Below, piece after piece: positions 23,551-35,995 of a DNA stretch of 63,861 nt. The notes below the pieces were generated by a model. That model saw only the letters and a program-made list of their open reading frames with translations. It searched no databases and was not told where the DNA came from. A program made the position numbers and the translations under genes. The DNA is from Eledone cirrhosa (Eukaryota): contig OZ024752.1 of the NCBI GenBank assembly GCA_964016885.1, positions 36,518,001 to 36,581,861 of the forward strand. The letters are read 5' to 3'. Within the stretch, counting starts at the first letter, position 1; each line of letters opens with the position of its first letter.

Positions 23551-25171
23551 TCATCATCATCATCATCATCATCAGGTTTAGCGTCCGTGTTCCACGCTTG
23601 CATGGGTTTGGACGGGGGTTTTCCCACTTGAGGCAAGAGTGGTTGTCTTGCTCGCATAGGACTGTCTGGCGGGTTTTCTACAGTTGGATGCCCTTCCTAA
23701 CACCAACCACATTTACAGTGTGGGGCTGGGAGGTTTTTACCGTGTTGCCTACACGGCCACATTACAGCGTGGACTGTCTGGCGGGTTTTCTACAGCTGGA
23801 TGCCCTTCCTAACACCAACCACATTTACAGTGTGGGGATGGGAGGTTTTTACCGTGTTGCCTACACGGCCACATTTACAGCGTGGACTGTGTGTTTTTTG
23901 TCGTGACACCTACACGATCTCATTTGTTTCGGCCTGGATGTTGTGGGACCAACATAACTTTACATTGAAAGGGGCGGTGTGGGTGGGGTGGAGGTGGTGG
24001 GACGGGGGTGTGTTTTGATAGAGGTGCCTACTGACTGTAGTAGGTTTTTACTTTGTATTTAGGTAAGGCGGGTCTTCTCTATTACTGAATACCGCCAAAG
24101 GTCTCGGTCCAGTGACATTGTCTTGGAGAGGTGTAAGCGTGTGAGGTCGGAATTTATCAGCTCGTCCCATGTTTTTCTGGGTCTGCCTACTCCGTGGCTA
24201 CCGTCTATCTTTATTGCCCTGCACTTTGTTATACAGCTGTCGTCTTTCATGCGCATCACGTGACCGTACCAACGTAGCCTTCTCTCGAGTAAACAACATC
24301 TGATCCCTCTTATTTCTAATTTTTTCCTTAGTTCGTTTATGCTTTGCCGTTCACGTATATTACTATTGCACATCCAGCGGAGCATGCAAGCTTCGTTCCT
24401 CTCTAGTCTGCGTATATCCTCTGCACACAATGCCCAGGTCTCACTGCCATGCAGCATTGCTGTTCGTATGCAGGCATCGTATAACCTGCCTTTCATTTTT
24501 AGGGAGAACCCTCTAGCGGCTAATAGTGGTATAAGCTCTCTGAACTTTTTCCATCCAGTTCTGACTCTAGCTACTGTACTTTCAGAGCACCCTCCCCCAC
24601 TGCTGATTTTGTCACCCAGATAACGGAAGCTGTCCACTATTTCTATAGAACCCTCTGCGCAGTTGAAGGAGCTAGTATTTTGTGGGCACTTGCTGCTACT
24701 TATTGCACCAGAGCACCGGCCACATGTAAAATCTATGTTCTTAGTTAGCTTACCTGTGATCCCACTACATCTTTTATGCACCCATACTTTGCATTTGGGA
24801 CATAAAATGGAGTTTCTACCTACGCCTTTCCTACACACTGAGCATGGCCATTTCCCCGATGGGACCGCCGCCTTATTTTCTTTCCTACAAACTAGAACTT
24901 TAGTCTTAGCCAGGTTAATTTTAAGGCCTTTTGATTCTAGGCCGTGCTTCCATGTTTGGAATTTCTTCTCTAGTTCGGTCATTGATTCAGCTATGAGCGT
25001 TAGATCATCTGCGTATAGGAGTTCCCATGGGCAGCCGGTCTTGAACTCCTCTGTTATAGCCTGAAGGGCAATAATAAATAGTAGGGGGCTAAGTACAGAG
25101 CCCTGATGGACACCAACTTTTACGCTAAACTCTTCACTATATTCGTTGTTAATTCTAACCTTACTGACTGT
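23550..25171 (-). mobile_element. 5'-truncated RTE-group LINE with (TGA)n tail
   Basis: It has the RT C-terminal half, a 3' UTR with an ~111-bp internal duplication (about 23660-23890) and a tgatgatga tail. Confidence 0.9.
24059..25171 (-). CDS. Partial RT ORF with PHD-like finger insertion
   Basis: An open frame of 371 codons with GVHQGSVLSP, LLYADDL, CSVC..CPKCKVWVHKRC..CGRC, FRYLG, RLRWYGHV and GRPRKTW. Confidence 0.85.
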   Translation of the reverse strand, partial: TVSKVRINNEYSEEFSVKVGVHQGSVLSPLLFIIALQAITEEFKTGCPWELLYADDLTLIAESMTELEKKFQTWKHGLESKGLKINLAKTKVLVCRKENKAAVPSGKWPCSVCRKGVGRNSILCPKCKVWVHKRCSGITGKLTKNIDFTCGRCSGAISSSKCPQNTSSFNCAEGSIEIVDSFRYLGDKISSGGGCSESTVARVRTGWKKFRELIPLLAARGFSLKMKGRLYDACIRTAMLHGSETWALCAEDIRRLERNEACMLRWMCNSNIRERQSINELRKKLEIRGIRCCLLERRLRWYGHVMRMKDDSCITKCRAIKIDGSHGVGRPRKTWDELINSDLTRLHLSKTMSLDRDLWRYSVIEKTRLT

Positions 25172-25757
25172 TTCTTATATATTAAAATAACAGATTAAAG
25201 TTTAAGCAAAGAATCGCTGCTTTCACCCTTAACGGGATCTTCTGAAACTAACCTCTTTGGATTTTAGTCTTCAATTTTATTATTATTACTATATATATAT
25301 ATATATAGTTATGTAATAAACAACATAAGGCAATTATTTCATTTACCAGTGGTTTCTGAAAAGCAAAAAAATGTTGCTTTCAATCAGCAGAATGAAAAAA
25401 TCCTGGTTTATTTATTGACGTTGGATTTTAAAAACCTATATATCATTATCTATAAAAGATTTTTGTGTCTGTATGTATTTTTCAATTTTATACATTTGCA
25501 CAATTTCAAACCGATTCGACTGAATGTCTGTAAGAATGTTGTAAATGGTCTAACTTAGGTCAACGACTATTTATTTATTTCAAACTCACCCACAATTACG
25601 GAAATAATCGATAAAACTAAATACATGACGCTTTACCCCTCTAATAGAATCTGCTTATCTCTCTCTACTCCCCTTAAAATTCGATAAAACTACATACATG
25701 CTGCAACTTTCTCTTATATACGCTTAAACTTACAAACTTCCTTTAGGAACGCCGAAG

Positions 25758-25836
<79 letters not shown>

Positions 25837-26444
25837 TTTGTTTTTGAGTGTGGAACGGTCAAACATTTATTTACTTCAATGACACTAAAGATTATTACAT
25901 TTCATACGAAACAACAATTATTCAAAAGCAACAGATAAATTTATTCAACAACAAAAAAACAGCGATAAATCTTTTTTAAAACATCTCTCAACGAACGTGG
26001 ACGAAAGAAGTATCAATTTATTAAATCTTTTTTAAAACATCTCTCAACGAACGTGGAAGAAAGAAGTATCAATTTATTTACTATACACAATAATATACTC
26101 TATGGGTTCACTAAACCTGCTAGAAACAGCAGCTAACTCTCCCCATATCTCACCCCTCCCTACTGTTTTAAATTTAGAAAACACACATCAGACAACCATG
26201 CAGAACAACTCCATCGCAGCTCTGTTGTTCGGCTGGCATCGTCTACGCGCGTGTTGCGCAAGTACAGTGAAACAATAAATTTCAACACTTCTTTGCACAG
26301 AGATAATATCCATAGGCGAAACTACAATTGTAACTGCTGGCGCAGCTCCTGCTTCGGCAGTCCATGTCTGCAATTCATTCACCCAGTGCCTGGCAGACAA
26401 AAAAGTGCTGCCATAAAATGGGTGGTGCAACCTAACTTTGGTAA

Positions 26445-27023
26445 CTTACTAACCCTAATAACAATAGAAATAATAGTAATAGCACTAGTGTAAGCAATAA
26501 CGCTGGGAACGACAACCCCCATAACCATAATCCTATAGCTACCATCCAGACTTCTACACAACATAATAACCAGCAGACTAACACCCAGAATAATTGTAAC
26601 TGTAGATCAAATAGAACCTGCCCTTTAGATAAAAAATGCTTAATCAAGGATATCATATACTCATGCACCGTCACAACTAGCAACTCTTGTGAAACCTATA
26701 TAGGCTCTACTTCAAACTGCTTCAAAACCAGATACAATTCGCACCTCCACTCTTTCAAAAAACACAGTCTAGCCAACTCCACTTCACTATCTAGCTACAT
26801 ACACTATCTAAAAACTAAAAATAAATCTTATACACTTAAATGGGAAGTGATAGGTAACGCGACATTGTACAAACCACCTAATACATTTTGTAACCTCTGT
26901 CTACTAGAGACCCATACTATTATCTTCTCAAACCATAACCTCCTTAATAAAAAATCAGAAGTGTTCGCGTCTTGCCAGCACCGCTTCCGACACTCCTTCC
27001 AAAACTTTAAACCCAATATATAA
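26445..27023 (+). CDS. PLE GIY-YIG endonuclease fragment, uninterrupted and ATG-less (absent from the ORF track)
   Basis: Hand translation gives NCNCRSNRTCPLDKKCLIKDIIYSCTV..TYIGSTSNCFKTRYNSHLHSF..CNLCLLE..LLNKKSEVFASCQH..stop. Confidence 0.85.
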   Translation, partial: LTNPNNNRNNSNSTSVSNNAGNDNPHNHNPIATIQTSTQHNNQQTNTQNNCNCRSNRTCPLDKKCLIKDIIYSCTVTTSNSCETYIGSTSNCFKTRYNSHLHSFKKHSLANSTSLSSYIHYLKTKNKSYTLKWEVIGNATLYKPPNTFCNLCLLETHTIIFSNHNLLNKKSEVFASCQHRFRHSFQNFKPNI

Positions 27024-28486
27024 CAATGTCAGACTTGAACCCGTCACCACCTCTAGCAACAAACCTCAAGGGCACACCTTACACCACATCTCCACACTCA
27101 TTGATCCACTTTAACACAAATAGTGACATCCTCCTAGTACCTTTTACCCTAGAGATATCCCCATGTACATCTACTTTTGGTATATTTGCCTTCAATTACT
27201 TAGACTACATTACACCACTATATAATTAATGTAAACTTTAAACACTGAATTGGTTGTGTTAATGTTGTTCTGTGTATGGAGTGCCATCATTGGATAAATG
27301 GAAGATTAATTAATTTATTAACATAAAAGAGCTATATAACCTATATGCTGAGTGCAATGAATTATGTACAAGTGATATATGAGTTGTACATACATGTATG
27401 ACTTGATGGTCAGATTAGTGACATTGTAAGTGAGAATTGATCTCTGGTCTACCCTAGTGATATTTAACTTTGCCATGCAATCAGACATGCACTGACCCAG
27501 AGCTTACCAGGAGTTATATATAGAAGTGATTCTAATAAAACCCTGCCAGGCTCTGCGGGTAGACTACACTTACAAAGATCATTGATTTGGGGATCTGACT
27601 CTTCATGGAGAATATTCAGTTGTGGCACTCTATGATAGAAGGTAATCATCCTAATATGAACACCTTTAGTACTTCTTGATAGACTAGACTGTAATTATAG
27701 ATAGGATACTTAAATTTAGAAACTGTTTATAACCTTATATGATAGGGACTCATTTGAGACACCATTTAATGTACATTAGGATAATAAATTTAGTTATAGA
27801 AATCAGCTAGTTACCTCCCCTCACGCATTAACTCCCCTTAATCACACACACACTTCCGGAAAATAATACGATGTCAATTCTCGCAACAAAAACAACCTGC
27901 TCTATAAATTGGATTAAAGAACAACAAGCTGTAATATTCTAACATAATTCATCAAGCATCCAATATTGAATCATCGTAGATTATGTGAAGGACATATAAT
28001 CTATATATTACGTTTCCTGGATTGTGAAAATGGTGGTGTATACGAAAACCATAACATTGTTTTGCTTCTCATTTTTAATATTTTTAATATTTCTCTACAC
28101 ACAAGCTTCTATATCATACATATAAAAAAATACTTTACCAATACAACGCCCATAATACTCTTGATTGTCCGCTTAAAGTGCTTGTATTACATATAACACC
28201 CTGCCGCACTATAATCTTATATAAATAAGACACACGTGCATGCCCCACGTGTAACTATTGCATACACTACTACTTCAAACTATCCTCTTGCTTTATCTTC
28301 GTAAACTTGCAATGTTATATTTTAACTTTAATTTTGTTCTTTAATATGACTTTAATCTTTGAATATAAATTGCCATGCTAAAATATTATAATGGATGTCA
28401 ACCCACTGTGCATCAATATATACATATGTTTCTGTATGTCTCTTGTGTTGAAAAGGAGGTCATGTATGTAAACAATCATTGAAAAA

Positions 28487-28535
28487 TTGCTCCGAATACT
28501 CCAAACCTCGGTTTGGAAGAAACAATTGTAAGCGA
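28487..28535 (+). ncRNA. Degenerate hammerhead ribozyme at the probable 3' end of the 26445 PLE
   Basis: ttgct-CcGAAtA-c-tccaaacc-tc-ggtttgga-a-GAAA-caattg-TA-agcga. The stems are intact and the core has two substitutions. Confidence 0.6.
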
Positions 28536-28589
28536 ATAAATGGTTTAAACAGAACTTTGATTCATGTAATTTCTCTCTCTCTATATATA

Positions 28590-29028
28590 CATATATATGT
28601 ATACAAATGGAAGTACAGCATAATCGAAACCCTGGCTGCAGCTAAGCTAACAAATGCAATTGGAATGTGCATCTAAGCACTCAATAAGGTATTTTACCTT
28701 AGAGTAATAACATTACGTTTAGACAGATTTGCAAATTGAAGATAGCGACCGGTAAGCCAACTGCAGGGACCAAAGCAAAGAGAAAACTGACTCAGGAAAA
28801 TATGACAAACCTGGACCACCGCGTCGCAATATCTCCGCTAGGTTTCTGTAAATCCGAAATCAACAAAATCCACTTGCGGGGCATGCAAGTTATTGGTTTT
28901 GGAAGATCGAACAGAGGATTCACTTCCTCAACAGGTTTATGTTCTCAGCCGCGCCGGTTGTGAATTTTAGCAGTAAACACTGCTGGCAGTCACATGGTTT
29001 TCCCGAAGAGAGGTAACCCCCGGTTTTT

Positions 29029-29030
<2 letters not shown>
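28590..29030 (-). repeat. Unclassified microsatellite-flanked interspersed repeat
   Basis: Diverged reverse-complement homolog of 39785-40295. Confidence 0.7.
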
Positions 29031-29065
<35 letters not shown>

Positions 29066-29073
29066 GAGGGAGA

Positions 29074-29133
<60 letters not shown>

Positions 29134-29802
29134 CATAACTGTTGATGGATTCATTGGGAGCGCCATAATAACAACCTGGTGAAGTCTAAACTCTCTCTAG
29201 ATCTGGAAGCATCCATCAAAATAGACCGAAAACATGACTAGGAAACACTATTAAAAAAAAGCTGAATTGTAAGTTTTTACTTTTGCAAATACCTAGTAAA
29301 AAAATAATTGGGTCGTAAATATTATAGAAAAATTAGTCGTCGTTATTTGTATTTCAACTTTAAAACTGCGATTGCAAACTAGTCTATTTCGCTCAGTCAT
29401 ACATTATATGAAAACTATTTTTTTTGTCAGTCTGTCCTTTCCCTATCACATTTCCACAGGAAGCCACTTGAAAACAAGTGCCTAGCTGTTTTTATGGTCT
29501 AAAGTGGATAAGGGGGAGTCCCCCCACCCCCACACACGCCCTCATGATAGGATACCAGTCTATCAAAGATAACACTACCAGATGATCTAGTAGTGAAGCC
29601 ATGGGCAAGCCGTTGCCCGGGGGTCGCGTGCCGTGCGTTTAGCCTTTTGAATTGCTCGCCTAACTAAAAGATATGATGAGCCCTTCCTCACGCGGCCCGC
29701 CTTATGATGAGCCCCATCTCATGTGGGCCGCTGCTCGAAAACGTTTACCCATACCTGATAGTGCCTAGTCTCAACAGTAACCCTATGTGAGACTATGTAC
29801 GT

Positions 29803-29893
<91 letters not shown>

Positions 29894-30049
29894 TTCGAGC
29901 AGCTGGCATTTCTGAGGATCTTTCGATTCCAGATTCAGGTTCGATCAATAATAGATCGTTCCTCGAGCTGATCGACAGTGAAACATATGTAATATGTTAT
30001 TAAATATGTTATGATGCAACACTGATTCTTTGTTCCTTTATTCTTATAC

Positions 30050-30124
<75 letters not shown>

Positions 30125-30129
<5 letters not shown>

Positions 30130-30572
30130 GGTGGCTGCCAACTCGTTTTCGAGTACGGCCACTACTTTATATCCATGTAGGAGAACCCCTACCGATGCGC
30201 TGAACGAGGTGTGACTTTTTAGTCCAGCCAGCGACTTGAAAACTCTGGTACAAACACTACACTAGTGACAATTATTGACACATAGTGCTGGGCCCATGGT
30301 ACCATGTGACGACAAGTGCAGAGAGATCTCCAGATATAAAGCAATGCCTGTGTCGTGAAGCTTTTATAGTGAGTAAAGGCACTGCACAAAGCCAGTCCCA
30401 CTCTCTTAACCAAGATGATATTTACCAAAAAGAAGAACAAATCAACATCATTGGATACCAAAACCTGTCAAAGGTCAAAGGAGCTCTTAAGAGTCAATGG
30501 CCATCCAAAATCACCGGGGAGATGACCCCTTAGCCTTTGTCAAGGCAGAATTCTAGGAGAAGGAAAACTCTG
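30125..30572 (-). mobile_element. Internally deleted (bipartite) RTE derivative with inverted 5' segment
   Basis: The minus strand carries a 5'UTR homolog of 59430-59555, then CSVCTRVFKSLAGLKSH, then a 3' hairpin matching 63440-63475. Segment ~30505-30572 matches 59325-59392 on the plus strand. Confidence 0.8.
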
Positions 30573-30592
30573 ATATATGTATATATTCATAC

Positions 30593-30764
<172 letters not shown>

Positions 30765-31221
30765 CACCGAGGTTAGCTTTAGTATCAGTAACGTAACGAG
30801 TTCGATTTAATCGATTTTATCTCCCCCCCCCCCCCCCCCCCCAAAAAAAAAAAAAACATACTTGGCTTTCTGTCTAACCATTGAGAAACCATTATTTACT
30901 AAGTGCGACATAGAATAAAATAAAATAAAATAAAATAAAATAAAATAAAATAGACCTTGGTGAATAAAATTATTTCAAAAATATATATTTTATTAAAATT
31001 TGAGTTTTCACTCTTTCCTTTGTTTGATTCATTTAAACATTATTCAACTGTTTACTTCTCCTACATACGAGAATAGTGTTAATTAGTTGACGTTACTAAG
31101 CTGTCCACATTAAGTATGTTACAGCAAAATTACCTTTCTAAAAGTGGAAATATTGTCTGGGTTTTATTAACACTTGAAGCTGCTACTTTAACAGTGATAC
31201 ACGATTAACTACTCTTACATA

Positions 31222-32166
31222 CGAAGGTCGGCCGAAAACTTCATGGGTTGAAAAGTTCATAAGCTGACTAAGATACTCTCATGAAATGACTAAATGAGGT
31301 TTATTTTTCAACATAGTCCCTGGAAAGAAACAATGCTAGTTATTAATAAGAAGAGTTGAAATTAACGGATGCAAGATTTCACAGCTCTAGCATTACTCCT
31401 TTATAGGCTGACCAAGAGGTTCTCATGGAATGACCAAATGAGGTTTATTTTTCAACATAGCCCCTGGAAAAGAACAATGCAGTGATTAATAAGTAAATTA
31501 GTGCATGCAAGAGTTGAAATTAATGCATGCAAGATTTCACAGCTCTAGCATCACTCCTTTATAGGCTGACCAAGAGGCTCTCATGGAATGACCAAATGAG
31601 GTTTATTTTTCAACATAGTCCCTGGAAACAAACAATGCAGTTATTAATAATAATTGTTTCTACTTTAGGCACAAGGCCAGCAATTACCCCAGTGCATTAC
31701 TGGTACTTTATTTTATCGACCCCCGTAAGGATGAAAGGCAAAGTTAACCTCGGCGGGATTTGAACTCAGACTGTAAAGGGACGTAATTATGCTAGAAAGC
31801 ATGGCGTCCAACCCTCTACCGATACTGCCATAATAATAAGAGTTGAAATTAACGCATGCAAGATTTCACAGCACTAGCATCGCTCCTTTATAGGCTGACC
31901 AAGTGAGGTTTATATTTTCAACATATTCCCTGGAAAGGAATAATACAGTTATTAATAAGAACAGTGGAAATTAATGCATGCAAGATTTCACAGCTCTAGC
32001 ATCGCTCCTTTATAGGCTGACCAAGTGAGGTTTATATTTTCAACATATTCCCTGGAAAGGAATAATACAGTTATTATATTAATAAGAACAGTGGAAATTA
32101 ATGCATGCAAGATTTCACAGCTCTAGCATCACTTCTTCATAGTCCGCCTATTTCAGGCAACCCTCG
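31222..32166. mobile_element. Mariner MITE with internally amplified 145-bp body and inserted S1 SINE
   Basis: TA-cgaaggtcggccgaaaa ... ttcaggcaaccctcg-TA, with several body repeats and a minus-strand SINE at about 31650-31832. Confidence 0.8.
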
Positions 32167-32209
32167 TACAGGAGTTGTGACCAGTACAGCTTCTCAGTGA
32201 GAGAAAAAG

Positions 32210-32241
<32 letters not shown>

Positions 32242-32780
32242 ACATCCTAACATTCATATAACTGCCAACTATAACTCTACAGCAGCAACAACAACAACAA
32301 AAAACAACAACAACAACCACAACTTTCTACACTCAATTATTACATATATTGTATTATTGATTGGAAATTCCGCAATATAATTCTGTCTTATAAATACATA
32401 AAAAATAATTGTATTTCTCGATGATGCGTCGTTGAGTAAATATTTGATATGTACAGGAGAGTCTGGGTCGGAATCCAGCTTGTTGCTCACACAAGGCCAA
32501 ATCGATTGTCTTTATCATTTGATTCAGAATAAATAACCTGGCAGTACACCTCTCCTGGTATAGATAGAAGTGTTACTTCCCTCTAGTTGTCACATTCTGC
32601 AAGTTTACCCTATTAGGGGTGGAAGGGATGCAGTCAACTGCTCCGTTCTTCCACTCCTCCGGAACCTCGCCTGTATCCCAGATCTGGTTGTGTAACTGAC
32701 ACATTACGTTTCCCTTCTATAAACCTTGCAGTAGTTGAAGCATTATTTTCTCTAGTTAACCGGATGACCTAACATTATTA

Positions 32781-33772
32781 TGGCGGTGGATTGGCAGTAT
32801 CGGTAGAGGGTTGGACGCCATGCTTTCCAGCATAGTTACGTCCCTTTATGATCTGAGTTCAAATCCCGCCGAGGTTGACTTTGCCTTTCATCCTCACGGG
32901 GTCGATAAAATAAAGTACCAGTAATGCACTGGGTAATTGCTGGCCTTGTGCCTAAAGTAGAAACAATTATTATGGCAGAATCAGTAGAGAGTCGGACGCC
33001 ATGCTTTGCAGTATAGAGTTACGTCCCTTTACAATCTGAGTTCAAATCCCGCCGAGGTTGACTTTGCCTTTCATCCTTACGGGGGTCGATAAAATAAAGT
33101 ACCAGTAGTGAACTGGGTAATTGCTGGCCTTGTGTCTAAAGTAGAAACAATTATTTTCTCTAGTTAATCCGATGACCTAACATTATTATGGCAGAATCCG
33201 TAAAGAGTCGGACGCCATGCTTTGCAGTATAGAGTTACGGCCCTTTATGATCTGAGTTCAAATCCTGCCAATGTTAACTTTACCTTTCATCCTTACGGGG
33301 TCGATAAAATAAAGTACCAGTAATGCACTGGGATAATTGCTGGCCTTGTGCCAAAAGTAGAAACAATTATTATGGCAGTGTCGGTAGAGGGTCGGACGAC
33401 ATGCTTTGGAGTATAGAGTTACGGCCCTTTATGATCTGAGTTCAAATCCCGCCGAGGTTAACTTTGCTTTTCATTCTTAGGAGGTCGATAAAATAAAGTA
33501 CCAGTAATGCACTGGGGTAATTGCTGGCCTTGTGCCATTATTATTTGTTTTTCAGGACGGTGGATTAGCAGTATCAGTAGAGCGTCAGATACCATGCTTT
33601 GTAGCATAGAGTTATATCCCTTTACGTTCTGAGTTCAATTCCCGCCGAGGTCAGCTTTGTCTCCTTACGGGGTCGATAAATAAATTACCAGTAATGAACT
33701 GGGGTGGATTTAGTCTACTTTTCTCCTCCCCCTTCAAATCGCTGGCCTTGTGCCTAAAGTAGAAACAGTTAT
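32781..33772 (+). mobile_element. Head-to-tail S1 SINE cluster (5 copies)
   Basis: Repeated A box, B box, core and tail. About 40 bp at 32744-32783 is duplicated at 33151-33192. Confidence 0.9.
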
Positions 33773-33976
33773 TTGTTTTTCACGGCGAACCTCATTTTTA
33801 TCAATCACACATCCTTGTTTGTTATTTCTATAAACACAAATAATTCTGTATATTATATGCTCCTAGCAGGGGCTCTTGCAGTGTATAAAATATACCCAGT
33901 GTTGAGTCCAATGTTTATAGCACCAAGTCATACTCAATTACGAGTGACAGCCGATATATATATATATATATATATA

Positions 33977-34384
33977 TACGATATTAAATAAATGGAAACT
34001 ATATTTATAAAACCATATTTATTTCATTATATATATTTCAGGGATATCATATTAAAAATATGGTATGCCTTCATCAGACAAAATACAATATAAACAGTCT
34101 TATAAATAGTCTTATACCAAATCAACTTTTTAAATGGAAGTTGAAGTTGTAAGGTATGTCAAATCTATCTATTTATAAGACTGTTTATATTGTATTTTGT
34201 CTGATGAAGACATACCATATTTTTAATATGATATCCCTGAAATATATATAATGAAATAAATATGGTTTTATAAATATAGTTTCCATTTATTTAATATCGT
34301 AAATATACTCCAAATACTTGTTGAGTGCTTTTATTTCAGTTATAAATATTTACTCGTTGTAACCCAACAATTTAAATAAAACTT

Positions 34385-34388
<4 letters not shown>
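33977..34388. mobile_element. Fold-back HHR element, family A (HHRs at 34020-34085 minus and 34193-34258 plus)
   Basis: Same arms and tail as 6322-6772 but a different central junction, inserted in (TA)n. Confidence 0.85.
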
Positions 34389-34426
<38 letters not shown>

Positions 34427-34625
34427 TAAAATTAGTCCTTCATCAGTGATCTTCCAGCCTTCATTGGTATTTCATCGCTTTAAAGACCATATACCTCTGG
34501 TTGGTGCGAGCAATAACTAAATAAAGTTATTGGGACAACTAAAATAGGGTGAAGCGAGCAAGACATGTAAACAAACAACGATGGTATGGCAACGGAAAGA
34601 TAGGAAGAGGCAACACTCCATTTTT

Positions 34626-34709
<84 letters not shown>

Positions 34710-34712
<3 letters not shown>

Positions 34713-34960
34713 GTTATTCCGGGTTGAATCGGAGGTAACCACAGTAAGTAAGGTACTCAATACATAGCAGAGTATAACAGTTTTAATATAGATGAGATTC
34801 TACAGGACTAGAACTGTTTCATTCATTAGAAATCATCAGGAATCATCAGAGGAATCATCAGAGGAATCATCAGGAATCATCAGGAATCATCAGAGATTCC
34901 TGATGATTTCTAATGAATGAAACAGTTCTAGTCCTGTAGAATCTCATCTATATTAAAACT
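34710..34960. mobile_element. Fold-back HHR element, family C (HHRs at 34796-34844 minus and 34895-34943 plus)
   Basis: gattc-CTGATGA-tttctaatgaat-GAAA-cagttctagtcctg-TA-gaatc, triplet GUA, in (TA)n. Confidence 0.85.
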
Positions 34961-35205
34961 ATATATATATATATATATATATGCTACGGTAGTAGGCTGG
35001 CCGCTGTCTTATTAACAACCCACTTTCCACCGATTGACCTCGATGTCACGTGTTCGATTCTTTTTGAATTTGCCACAGACACAGAGGCAGTGATTTTCTC
35101 AATGGCTAGGAATTAAGTCCACGCTTTGCTATTTCCTATTCACTGATTTATTTTTTAATAAGCTTCCAGAGTCCTCGCTTTGCCTGGAAACTTATATGAG
35201 AATAG

Positions 35206-35287
35206 ACTTTCCTGATGACGGGATGATTCTCAACACCTTCTTCGGAAGATGTATCTACTCCATTCCAGAAACTAATTAGTTGGAAGT
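35206..35287 (+). ncRNA. Type I hammerhead ribozyme, family B (element ~34985-35338)
   Basis: actttc-CTGATGA-cgggatg...cattcca-GAAA-ctaattag-TT-ggaagt. The core is conserved while loop II differs from the 6872 copy. Confidence 0.8.
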
Positions 35288-35335
35288 GATATTTTAGTAA
35301 GTAAGTTAATTTTATAATTTTCTTATTTTACGTCT

Positions 35336-35429
<94 letters not shown>

Positions 35430-35480
35430 CATATATATATATATATATACTGCCTCTCTGTTTTGTTCCCGTTCAATTTT

Positions 35481-35564
<84 letters not shown>

Positions 35565-35565
<1 letters not shown>

Positions 35566-35734
35566 CGAAGGAAAATGTGGTAAGGAACCAGATGGACCAT
35601 AACGCACCAAAGTACTCAATACTTAGGGTAGTAGAGTGGGTAATAGGAACGAGTAGGACCCCGGCGGCTGAGCTCAAGCCGTTTCGACGAGCCGTAGAAA
35701 CGGCTTGAGCTCAGCCGTCGGGGTCCTACTCGTT

Positions 35735-35738
<4 letters not shown>
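35565..35738. repeat. GC-rich fold-back element with 3' half of a hammerhead
   Basis: Arms 35643-35683 and 35697-35738, containing GAAA-cggct-tgagctc-agccg-TC. The tail is on the left and (TA)n flanks both sides. Confidence 0.75.
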
Positions 35739-35769
<31 letters not shown>

Positions 35770-35770
<1 letters not shown>

Positions 35771-35995
35771 TTTATCCCGGGTTCAATCGGGGGTAACCAC
35801 ACTAAGTAAGGTACTCAATACAAAGCAGAGTATAAATATTTAATATAGAAATGGCTTCTACAGGACTAGAACTGTTTCATTCGAAGGAAATCATCAGGAA
35901 AGCTTTCCTAATGATTTCCTTCGAATGAAAGCTTTCCTGATGATTTCCTTCGAATGAAACAGTTATAGTCCTGTAGAATCCATTTCTATATTAAA
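35770..35995. mobile_element. Fold-back HHR element, family C (HHRs at ~35856-35900 minus and ~35934-35978 plus)
   Basis: Homologous to 34710-34960, with a 28-nt duplication at the junction. Confidence 0.8.

Noticed and set aside
25205-25245. Hammerhead-like agaaga-tccc..ggg-t-GAAA on the minus strand (also near 7840 and 17745)
   Set aside because: It lacks CUGA and a proper UH site, and stem I is missing.
29596-29757. Small hAT-like MITE
   Set aside because: The TIRs are degraded and there is no clean 8-bp TSD, so it is too weak to list.
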